From contig NC_007493.2 of NCBI RefSeq assembly GCF_000012905.2, forward strand, positions 60,001-92,000: a stretch of 32,000 nt of DNA, given 5' to 3'. The DNA comes from Cereibacter sphaeroides 2.4.1. GTDB lineage: Bacteria > Pseudomonadota > Alphaproteobacteria > Rhodobacterales > Rhodobacteraceae. The notes beneath the pieces were generated by a model that saw nothing but the letters and a program-made list of their open reading frames with translations, did no database searches and had not been told where the DNA came from. Below are positions 8,937-16,259 of this stretch, in pieces (within the stretch, counting starts at the first letter, position 1; each line of letters opens with the position of its first letter). The translations under genes were made by a program, and so were the position numbers.

Positions 8937-9428
8937 TCACTGCGACAGGGTGCGTCCTTCCTGCAACCTCAGGTGGTTGTGCAGGTCTGTGGCGGCGATC
9001 TCGGCCTGTGCCATGGCCACGGAGATCTGGTTCAGCCCCGTCACCACGTCGCCCGCGGCCCAGACTCCGGGGACGTCCGTGCGCTGATGGGTATCGGTGC
9101 AGACCCGCCTGTCCGGCAGGAGCGCGAGGCCGACGTGGTGCGCGAGGCCAGTCTGCGGCTCGACGCCGGGCCCGGCTCAGACCGCGTCGAACCGCTCTTT
9201 CCCGCCGTCCGGGCAGCCGAGCGTCACGCCGCGCCCGGGCTCGGGCGCGATCCCCGGCCGGCCGCGCATCCGCGAGAGACGTTCGGCCCGGCGGGTGCCC
9301 TTGGGCAGGGCCGGAGGGTTGGGCGACCGCGGGATCAGCGAGGCGCGGCTCTGTCCGCCGCCGAGGAGGAGCACGCTGATGGCGGCGGTCAGGCCCGCGG
9401 GGCCGGTGCCCACGAGGATGCAGGCGAA
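8937..9428 (-). pseudogene. Remnant of a thioredoxin-reductase-like FAD-dependent oxidoreductase: NAD(P)H domain missing, in-frame TGA, no credible start
   Basis: The N-terminal part reads ..ACILVGTGPAGLTAAI..SVLLLGGGQSRASLIPRS.. (dinucleotide fold). After the TGA at 9177..9179, the same frame continues for 79 codons: AGPGVEPQTGLA..DRRVCTDTHQRTDVPGVWAAGDVVTGLNQISVAMAQAEIAA..*. That is the C-terminal FAD motif. Total length is about 165-195 aa against roughly 300 expected. Confidence 0.6.
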
Positions 9429-9571
9429 CCTTGGCTGCCTCCGTTGACGGTCTCCGCGGGATCTTCGCGCAACAGCTGCGGCCGCCCGGCGTTCCGACGC
9501 AAAATTTTCATCTTGCATGGAACGATGCCGCTCTTACACGTTGACCCTGCGACACAGCAGGAGAGAGCCGG

Positions 9572-9931
9572 ATGATCGCGACCGACGATCCGTTGCAGGA
9601 CCGCCCGCGGGCGGGGGTTCAGGATCGGACGGACGAGAGGCTGGCGGGCGCGGTACGGGTGATGGCCTGCGAGGCGGCGCCGCTCGAGGCGGCCGACCCC
9701 CCGGCCGAGGGTGCGATCCTCAGGCTCGAGCGCGATCCGCGGCACCCTTTCGCCTCGGGGGCGGTGCTGCTTCTCGATGAGGCCGGGCGCGCCGTGGCGC
9801 AGCTCTCGACCCTGCCGGTGCGGATGCTGGCCGCACTTCTCGACAATGGCTGCGAGAGTTTTGCGCTCGTCGAGCGGACGGGCCCGCGCGTGTCGGTGGG
9901 CATCCACCTCGCCGCGCCCGTCTGGGGTTAG
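9572..9931 (+). CDS. Hypothetical protein, 119 aa; possible HIRAN-like domain
   Basis: ATG is preceded by AGGAGAGAG, and GC3 is high. LRLERDPRHPFASGAVLLLDEAGRAVAQLSTLPVRMLAALLDNG resembles the HIRAN pattern (L.REP.NP.D.NA..V....G..lG.l.r..a..la.lld.g). This is a weak call from memory. Confidence 0.55.
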   Translation: MIATDDPLQDRPRAGVQDRTDERLAGAVRVMACEAAPLEAADPPAEGAILRLERDPRHPFASGAVLLLDEAGRAVAQLSTLPVRMLAALLDNGCESFALVERTGPRVSVGIHLAAPVWG

Positions 9932-9945
9932 GCCGAGCACCTTCA

Positions 9946-9980
9946 CGAAAAGAGCCGCCGGCCCGGGGGGCGGCGGCTCT
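9946..9980 (-). terminator. Putative terminator shared by convergent genes (mainly for the helicase gene)
   Basis: AGAGCCGCCG / CGGCGGCTCT is a perfect 10-bp stem with a 10-nt loop. On the minus strand it is followed by UUUUCG. It lies about 20 nt after the helicase stop at 10001. Confidence 0.5.
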
Positions 9981-10000
9981 GATGGCGCGGGGGCCTCGCG

Positions 10001-12334
10001 TCAGCTCCGCGGCTTCTTCGGCGGCGTGAAGCGACGGCTCGTGTCGGACGCCTCGGCGCGAGGCTTGCGCGGGGCATCCTTCTTGCCGAAGTCCTTCTTG
10101 AAGCCCGAGCGGGCGGGCCGCTCGGCCGCGCCTTCGGCCCGGGGCTTCGCCGGGCGGTCCTCGCGCGCCTTGAAGCCGCCGGCCTTGGCGGGACGGTCGT
10201 CGGCGCTGCGGGCCGGGCGGGCGCGGGGCCCGTCGCCTTCGGCCCGGACGGGCTTGCCGTGCGACTTGAAGCCGGCCGCGCGGGGGGCATCCTCGCCCCG
10301 CGGCTTGTAGGGCCGCGGGCCTTCGTCGTCGCGCTTGCCGCGCGGCGCCGCATCGCCATGGGACTTGTAGCCCGCCGACCGCGAGGCGGTGCCGCCGTGC
10401 GACTTGAAGCCTGCCGAGCGGCCGGCCGCTGCCGGACGCGCCGGACGCTCGTCCGAGGACCGCCTGGGCTTGCGGCCCTCGTCTTCGGCCGCGCTCTCGC
10501 GACGGGGCCGCGGGGCGTCGTTCATGTCACGCTTCGCGAACGGCGCGCCGTCCTCGCGGCGCGGCCGGGGCGCCCGCTCGGGGCGGTCGTCCGGGGTCCA
10601 GCCGCCACGGGCCTCGCCCGGATCTTCCTCGACGAAGCGCGAGGGCTTGGGCTGGTAGGGCGCCTTCTCGCGCCGGGGCGCCTCGTCCCGGGCGCGGGGG
10701 GCGCGCTCGGCGAACGGCTTGCGCGGCGCGCGTTCGGGGCGCTCCAGCATGGGCTCGCCGTCGAGGCGCACCATGCCCACGCCCGCCTCGATCTCGAGCG
10801 CGGCGCCGAACTTCCCAGCGGCCGCCTTCGCGATCTGGACGAAGGTCTGCTCCTGCTGGACGCGGATGGCGCCGATCTCGTTCTTGGTCACGCCGCCCGC
10901 CTCGCAGATCTTGGGCAGCAGCCAGCGCGCCTCGGCCCGGCCGGTGTGGCCGACGGCCACCGCATACCAGACCGCCTCGCCGAACTCGCCCCGCTCGCGC
11001 GGCGCGCGCTGCGAGGGCTCCGGCGGGGCCAGATCCTGCAGCACCTCGGGCGCCGAGCGCCCCTCGCGCCACAGTCGGACGAAGGCCGCCGACATCTGCG
11101 CCGGGCCGAACCGTTCGAGCAGCTTCTCGGCCAGCGGCATCTCGTCGGACAGATCCTGCCCCAGCACCGGATGCTCGAGCAGCCGCGCGTCGTCGCGCTC
11201 CTGCACCTCGTCGGCCGATGGCGGCTTGCCCCAGTCGGCCACGAGCTTCGCGCCGGTCAGAAGCCGCTGCGCCTTGCGCACTTCGGACGGCGCCGCGATC
11301 AGCACCGACACGCCCTTGGAGCCAGCACGGCCGGTCCGGCCCGAGCGGTGGAGCAGCGTCTCGGAGTTGGTGGGCAGATCGGCGTGGATCACGAGCTCGA
11401 GCCCCGGAAGGTCGATGCCGCGCGCGGCCACGTCGGTCGCGATACAGACCCGGGCGCGCCCGTCGCGCAGCGCCTGCAGCGCATGGGTCCGCTCCTGCTG
11501 CGAGAGTTCGCCCGAGAGCGCCACGACCTGAAAGCCGCGGTTGCCCATCCGCGCGAGCAGATGGTTCACCGCTAGCCGCGTCTTGCAGAAGACGATGGCC
11601 GAGGGCGCCTCGTAGAAGCGCAGCACGTTGAAGATCGCATGTTCCTTGTCGCGCGCGCTGACGGTCAGGGCGCGATATTCGATGTCGGCATGCTGCTTGC
11701 GCTCGCCCGCGGTCTGGATGCGGACGGCGTCCTGCTGGAATTCCTTGGCGAGCGCCTCGATCTCCTTCGGCACGGTGGCCGAGAACATCAGCGTGCGCCG
11801 CTCTTCCGGGGCCGAGCCCAGGATGAACTCCAGATCCTCGCGGAAGCCGAGGTCGAGCATCTCGTCGGCCTCGTCCAGCACCACGGCGCGCAGGCCGGAG
11901 AGGTCGAGCGAGCCGCGCTCGATATGGTCGCGCAGGCGGCCGGGGGTGCCCACGACGATATGGGCGCCGCGGTCGAGCGCGCGCCGCTCGGTGCGGTAGT
12001 CCATGCCGCCCACGCAGGTGGCGATATGGGCGCCGGCCTCGCCATAGAGCCAGCCCAGCTCGCGGGCGACTTGAAGCGCCAGCTCGCGGGTGGGCGCGAT
12101 GGCGAGCGCGATCGGCGTGTCCGCGAACAGGAGCCGGTCGGCCCCCTGCAGGATCTGGTCGGCGATGGCGATGCCGAAGGCCACGGTCTTGCCCGAGCCG
12201 GTCTGGGCCGAGACGAGCGCATCGCGCCCGGCCACGCCTTCGGCGAGCACCGCCTCCTGAACCGGAGTGAGGGACTCGTAGCCCTTGGCGGCAAGCGCCG
12301 CGGCCAGCGGCGCGGCAATATCAGTTTGGGTCAT
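10001..12334 (-). CDS. DEAD-box ATP-dependent RNA helicase with a DbpA-type RNA-binding domain and a long basic repetitive C-terminal tail
   Basis: Start taken at ATG 12334 (MTQTDIAAPLAAALAAKGYESLTPVQ). Motifs: AQTGSGKT, VLDEADEMLD, SAT (MFSATVP), HRSGRTGRAG. The listed 904-aa ORF adds 127 implausible residues that overlap the TetR gene region. Confidence 0.92.
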   Translation of the reverse strand: MTQTDIAAPLAAALAAKGYESLTPVQEAVLAEGVAGRDALVSAQTGSGKTVAFGIAIADQILQGADRLLFADTPIALAIAPTRELALQVARELGWLYGEAGAHIATCVGGMDYRTERRALDRGAHIVVGTPGRLRDHIERGSLDLSGLRAVVLDEADEMLDLGFREDLEFILGSAPEERRTLMFSATVPKEIEALAKEFQQDAVRIQTAGERKQHADIEYRALTVSARDKEHAIFNVLRFYEAPSAIVFCKTRLAVNHLLARMGNRGFQVVALSGELSQQERTHALQALRDGRARVCIATDVAARGIDLPGLELVIHADLPTNSETLLHRSGRTGRAGSKGVSVLIAAPSEVRKAQRLLTGAKLVADWGKPPSADEVQERDDARLLEHPVLGQDLSDEMPLAEKLLERFGPAQMSAAFVRLWREGRSAPEVLQDLAPPEPSQRAPRERGEFGEAVWYAVAVGHTGRAEARWLLPKICEAGGVTKNEIGAIRVQQEQTFVQIAKAAAGKFGAALEIEAGVGMVRLDGEPMLERPERAPRKPFAERAPRARDEAPRREKAPYQPKPSRFVEEDPGEARGGWTPDDRPERAPRPRREDGAPFAKRDMNDAPRPRRESAAEDEGRKPRRSSDERPARPAAAGRSAGFKSHGGTASRSAGYKSHGDAAPRGKRDDEGPRPYKPRGEDAPRAAGFKSHGKPVRAEGDGPRARPARSADDRPAKAGGFKAREDRPAKPRAEGAAERPARSGFKKDFGKKDAPRKPRAEASDTSRRFTPPKKPRS

Positions 12335-12477
12335 GTATCTGCCAAATGGGGGACGCGCAGCGGCGCCCGGGTTGACGGCCAACCTTCTCCCATCGCGGCC
12401 AGGCCTCCTCGCCCGCCGTCCCGAGGTTCCGGGCCGTCCGGGGGCTCTACAGGATTCGGCCCACGCTGTATAGGCGG

Positions 12478-12506
12478 TTGACGGCATACCGACCGGTTGG
12501 TACGTT
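12478..12506 (+). promoter_or_regulatory. Candidate sigma-70-type promoter of the TetR operon: TTGACG-N17-TACGTT
   Basis: -35 TTGACG at 12478..12483, an exact 17-nt spacer, and -10 TACGTT at 12501..12506 (positions T1, A2 and T6 kept). It ends 19 nt before the tetR ATG. Confidence 0.4.
12487..12502 (+). promoter_or_regulatory. Candidate TetR operator: 16-bp imperfect palindrome TACCGACCGGTTGGTA
   Basis: 14 of 16 positions are self-complementary. It sits in the promoter spacer and overlaps the -10, immediately upstream of the TetR gene, which is a classic autoregulatory layout. Confidence 0.45.
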
Positions 12507-12524
12507 AAGGCCCTGGGGGATGCA

Positions 12525-13130
12525 ATGACGACAGGCGACGGACGCAGCCGGCTTCTTGCCGCGGCCACGCGGTTGATCCGCACGCAGGGCTTCGCCGCGA
12601 CCTCGGTCGAGGCGATCTGCCGCGAGGCCGGCGTGACGAAGGGGGCCTTCTTCCACCACTTCCCCAGCAAGGAGGCGCTGGGCGTGGCGGCGGCGGAGGC
12701 CTGGTCGGACGTCACCGGGCGCCTCTTTGCCGAGGCGCCCTACCATCGGCCCGCGGATCCGCTGGATCGCGTGCTGGCCTATATCGACTTCCGCCGCGCG
12801 CTCGTGGCGGGCGAGATCGCCGACTACACCTGCCTCGTGGGCACGCTGGTTCAGGAGGCCTATGGCTCGGACCCGATCCGGGCCGCCTGCGGGGCGAGCA
12901 TCCTCGGCCATGCGGGCACGCTCGAGGCCGACATGGCCGCGGCGGCCGAGGCGCGCGGGGTGGCGGATGTGGATCCGGCGAGCCTCGCACGTCACACGCA
13001 GGCGGTGCTGCAGGGCGCCTTCATCCTCGCCAAGGCCGGCGGGGGCGCCGCCGCGGTGGAGGAGGCTCTCGACCATTTGAAGCGGTATCTGCGGTTGCTG
13101 TTCGCGAACCCCGGCGCGTCCGGGGCCTGA
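12525..13130 (+). CDS. TetR/AcrR family transcriptional regulator
   Basis: N-terminal HTH: LLAAATRLIRTQGFAATSVEAICREAGVTKGAFFHHFPSKEAL. Confidence 0.9.
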   Translation: MTTGDGRSRLLAAATRLIRTQGFAATSVEAICREAGVTKGAFFHHFPSKEALGVAAAEAWSDVTGRLFAEAPYHRPADPLDRVLAYIDFRRALVAGEIADYTCLVGTLVQEAYGSDPIRAACGASILGHAGTLEADMAAAAEARGVADVDPASLARHTQAVLQGAFILAKAGGGAAAVEEALDHLKRYLRLLFANPGASGA

Positions 13131-13196
13131 TCCCGGCGGCGGAAGGCCTCCGGGGAAGCCCGAGCCCTGCGGGGCCATCCAGAGGAGGAGAGTTCC

Positions 13197-13544
13197 ATGC
13201 CCTATGTCGACGGATTCGTCTGCGCCGTCCCGGTCGAGAACCGGCAGAAATACATCGACCATGCGCTGTTCGCGGCCCGGAAGTTCAAGGAACTGGGGGC
13301 GCTGCAGGTGGTGGAATGCTGGGGCGACGATGTGCCCGAGGGCAAGCTCACCTCGTTCCGCATGGCGGTGAAGCAGGAGGAGGGCGAGGCGGCCATCTTC
13401 TCCTGGGTGGTCTGGCCCTCGAAGGAGGTGCGCAACGCGGCCTGGCAGAAGATGATGGAAGACACCGAGATGGCGGGCATGGAGATGCCGTTCGATGGCA
13501 AGCGGATGATCTACGGCGGCTTCGAGCAGGTCGTGGAGGTCTGA
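13197..13544 (+). CDS. DUF1428 family protein (YbaA-like)
   Basis: MPYVDGFV.AVP..N...Y......A..F.E.GAL..VECWGDDVP.G..T.F..AV is the characteristic family pattern. GAGGAGGAG Shine-Dalgarno is present. Confidence 0.85.
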   Translation: MPYVDGFVCAVPVENRQKYIDHALFAARKFKELGALQVVECWGDDVPEGKLTSFRMAVKQEEGEAAIFSWVVWPSKEVRNAAWQKMMEDTEMAGMEMPFDGKRMIYGGFEQVVEV

Positions 13545-13545
13545 C

Positions 13546-14289
13546 ATGGGCGGCTTCGTCTGGCACGAGCTGACGACGGCCGACCCGGACGGGGCGGCGG
13601 CCTTCTACGGCCGCCTCCTCGGATGGGAAGCCGAGACCTTCCCCAGCAGCGCACCGCCTTACCTCGTCCTGAAGGCGGCGGGCGTGGGCGTCGCGGGCCT
13701 CTGCGCCGCGAAGGCGCCCCAGCCTGCGGGCTGGATCGGTTATCTCCATGTCGCCGATGTGGAGGAGGCCTGCCGCCGGGCCGAGGCCGCGGGTGGCACT
13801 GCCGTGGCTCCGGCCGAGGAGATGGAGGGCATCGGGCGCATGCAACTGATGCGTGACCCGGACGGCGTGCCCTTCGTTCTGATGACCCCCGCCCCGCGCG
13901 AGGCTCCGCCCCGGCCGCCCGAGGGCACGACGGGCCTCTCGGTCTGGGACGAGCATTACGGCGCGGATGTGGAGCGCAGCTTCGCCTTCTATGCGGGCCT
14001 TGCCGGCTGGACGAAGGACAGCGCGATGGACATGGGCGAGATGGGCACCTACCAGATGGTCGCCGCCGGAGGCCGTGCCATCGCAGGGCTGATGCGCGCG
14101 CCCGAGGCGATGGGGCCGCGGTGGCTCGCCTATTTCAACGTGCCCTCCGTCACCGGCGCGATGGAAGAGGCGGAGCGCCTCGGCGGTCGGCCCTTCTTCG
14201 GCCCGCAGGAGGTGCCGGGCGCCATGTGGATCGCGCAGATCCTCGATCCGCAGGGGCATCCGTTCGGGATCGTCGGGCCGAAGGGCTGA
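13546..14289 (+). CDS. Two-domain VOC (glyoxalase/bleomycin-resistance/dioxygenase) family protein
   Basis: FVWHELTTADPDGAAAFYGRLLGWE.. is repeated as a second module (..VERSFAFYAGLAGW..). It starts 2 nt after the DUF1428 stop, so it is in the same operon. Confidence 0.85.
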   Translation: MGGFVWHELTTADPDGAAAFYGRLLGWEAETFPSSAPPYLVLKAAGVGVAGLCAAKAPQPAGWIGYLHVADVEEACRRAEAAGGTAVAPAEEMEGIGRMQLMRDPDGVPFVLMTPAPREAPPRPPEGTTGLSVWDEHYGADVERSFAFYAGLAGWTKDSAMDMGEMGTYQMVAAGGRAIAGLMRAPEAMGPRWLAYFNVPSVTGAMEEAERLGGRPFFGPQEVPGAMWIAQILDPQGHPFGIVGPKG

Positions 14290-14346
14290 ACCGGGCCGGG
14301 GAGGGCGGCGGAAAAGGCGCGCTCCCGCCCGGCTTTGCGGGGCAGA

Positions 14347-14383
14347 GCGCCGGTTTGCCTCTTGGCCTTTGGCAGACCGGCGC
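14347..14383 (+). other. Strong stem-loop: 13-bp stem (GCGCCGGTTTGCC / GGCAGACCGGCGC, one G-U), 11-nt loop TCTTGGCCTTT
   Basis: Read directly. It lies in the 131-nt gap between the VOC gene and cnoX. No U tract follows, so the function (terminator, processing site or 5'-UTR element) is unknown. Confidence 0.4.
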
Positions 14384-14420
14384 GCATATAGGGTCACCAC
14401 GTCAGACGGAGGATGAACCC

Positions 14421-15335
14421 ATGCTCGGATTCGGTGACAAGCCCGCGAACGGCGCCGCTCCGCAGGGCGACCTTGTGAAGGATACGTCCGAAGCGACCTT
14501 CATGCAGGATGTAATCGACGCCAGCCGCGATGTGCCGGTGATCGTCGATTTCTGGGCCCCCTGGTGCGGCCCCTGCAAGACCCTCGGACCTGCACTCGAG
14601 GCCGCCGTCACGGCCGCCAAGGGCAAGGTGCGCATGGTCAAGGTCAACGTGGACGAGAACCAGATGATCGCGGCGCAGCTGCGCATCCAGTCGATCCCGA
14701 CCGTCTATGCCTTCTTCCAGGGCCAGCCGGTCGACGGCTTCCAGGGGGCGCTGCCGCCCTCGGAAGTGAAGAAGTTCGTGGAGAAGATCGCGGCGATGGG
14801 CGGCGACGACGGCCTGGCGGATGCGCTGGCCGCGGCCGAGGAGATGCTGGCCGAGGGCGCGGTCGTCGATGCGCTCGAGACCTTTGCGGCCATCCTCGGC
14901 GAGGAGCCGGAGAATGCCGCGGCCTATGCGGGCCTGATCCGCTGCCATCTCGCCTCGGGCGACCTCGATCAAGCCGAGGCCTATGCCGCCGCGGCGCCCG
15001 CGGCCATTGCCAAGGCCAAGGAGATCGAGGGCGCCCGCGCGCAGATCGAACTGGCGCGGCAGGCCGCCAAGGCGGGGCCGGTGACCGAGCTCAGCCGGGC
15101 GGTCGAGGCCGATCCCGCGAACCATCAGGCCCGGTTCGATCTGGCGCTCGCGCTCCATGCCTCGGGCCAGATCGACGAGGCGGTGGATCAGCTGCTCGAG
15201 CTGTTCCGGCGCGACCGGGAGTGGAACGAGGGCGCGGCGCGGACCCAGCTCTTCACCATCTTCGACGCGCTGAAGCCCACCGATCCGATCGTTCTGAAAG
15301 GACGCCGCCGGCTCTCCTCGATGATATTTGCCTGA
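14421..15335 (+). CDS. Thioredoxin-domain plus TPR-like chaperedoxin (YbbN/CnoX homologue)
   Basis: Start at ATG 14421 after GACGGAGGA. VIVDFWAPWCGPCKTLGP is the thioredoxin active site, followed by a helical repeat C-terminal domain. The listed 404-aa ORF start at 14121 overlaps the VOC gene and is rejected. Confidence 0.85.
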   Translation: MLGFGDKPANGAAPQGDLVKDTSEATFMQDVIDASRDVPVIVDFWAPWCGPCKTLGPALEAAVTAAKGKVRMVKVNVDENQMIAAQLRIQSIPTVYAFFQGQPVDGFQGALPPSEVKKFVEKIAAMGGDDGLADALAAAEEMLAEGAVVDALETFAAILGEEPENAAAYAGLIRCHLASGDLDQAEAYAAAAPAAIAKAKEIEGARAQIELARQAAKAGPVTELSRAVEADPANHQARFDLALALHASGQIDEAVDQLLELFRRDREWNEGAARTQLFTIFDALKPTDPIVLKGRRRLSSMIFA

Positions 15336-15338
15336 TCG

Positions 15339-16007
15339 ATGGGGCGGGCTAGTTCAGAGCCCATGATCAAGCAGGCCGACCTCCCCAACGTGATCCCCGT
15401 GTTCCCGCTGCCGGGCGCTCTGCTCCTGCCGCGGGCGCGTCTGCCGCTGCATATCTTCGAGCCGCGCTATCTGCAGATGCTCGACGACACGCTGAAGACG
15501 CCGAACCGGCTGATCGGCATGGTGCAGCCGCGCGACGTGCCGGGCGGCGCCGAAAAGCGGCTCCATGCCATCGGCTGCGCGGGCCGGCTCACCGGCTTTT
15601 CCGAGACCGAGGACGGCCGCTACATGATCACCCTCTCGGGCATCTCGCGCTTTCGCGTGATCTCGGAGGTGCAGGGATTCACGCCCTACCGCCGCTGCAC
15701 CGTGGACTGGGCCGACTTCTCGCGGGATCTGGGGCCCGCCGAGACGGATGCGGGCTTCCGGCGCGAGGCCTTCCTCGACCTGCTCGGGCGCTATTTCACG
15801 GCGATGGAGCTTTCGACCGATTGGGGCAGCCTGCGCGAGGCCGAGGAGGAATTGCTGATCAATTCGCTCTCGATGCTCTGCCCCTTCGACCCCGAGGACA
15901 AGCAGGCGCTGCTCGAGGCGCCGTCGCTCGAGACACGGCGCGAGACGCTGGTCACGTTGATAGAATTCGCCCTCCGGGGCGGCACTGGTGAAGAGGTGAT
16001 GCAATGA
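15339..16007 (+). CDS. LON-protease N-terminal substrate-binding domain protein
   Basis: [32 protein letters not shown] is the LON-N signature. An alternative start at ATG 15363 (MIKQADLPN) is equally plausible. Confidence 0.8.
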
Positions 16008-16183
16008 CCGGGACCACTCTGTTCGACCGCCGGATGCTCGAGGCGCTTGTCTGCCCCGTGACGCAGGCGGGACTGGCCTACGATGCCGACCGGCAGGAGC
16101 TGATCTCGAAACAGGCGCGGCTCGCCTTCCCGATCCGCGACGGGATCCCGATCATGCTGGTGTCGGAAGCGCGCGAGCTCTGA
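16004..16183 (+). CDS. Trm112/UPF0434 (YcaR) family small protein, 59 aa; absent from the ORF track
   Basis: [59 protein letters not shown]. There is an ATGA start/stop overlap with the LON-domain gene. The conserved L.CPV....L and PI.DGIP.ML..EAR patterns are present. Confidence 0.75.
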
Positions 16184-16205
16184 GCCGCGAGGTCAGGCGC
16201 CGGCC

Positions 16206-16259
16206 GCCGGGGGCTGTCTGCCCCCGGACCCCCGAGGGTATTTGGGCAGAGTGAAAGGC
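16206..16259 (+). repeat. Intergenic repeat copy 2: 8-bp GC hairpin (CCGGGGGC-TGTCT-GCCCCCGG) plus the same 21-mer TATTTGGGCAGAGTGAAAGGC
   Basis: The 21-mer at 16239..16259 is identical to 1078..1098. The element is in the same orientation. It fills the 76-nt gap between the convergent Trm112 and ubiH-like stops and directly abuts the stop at 16260. Confidence 0.7.

Noticed and set aside
9177-9179. The in-frame TGA in the flavoprotein remnant as a possible selenocysteine codon
   Set aside because: The TGA sits where an entire NAD(P)H domain is missing, not at a redox-active Cys position. The downstream sequence offers only a tiny GCCG-GGCC-CGGC palindrome rather than a bacterial SECIS-like stem-loop. 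The gene also lacks a credible start. A pseudogene is the simpler explanation.
12335-12715. 127-aa N-terminal extension of the helicase ORF (listed start 12715)
   Set aside because: The extension crosses the divergent promoter region and overlaps the TetR gene on the other strand. Helicase homology (Q motif) begins right after the ATG at 12334.
14121-14420. 100-aa N-terminal extension of the cnoX/ybbN ORF (listed start 14121)
   Set aside because: It overlaps the 3' end of the VOC gene in another frame and the intergenic hairpins. Homology and a GGAGGA Shine-Dalgarno support the ATG at 14421.
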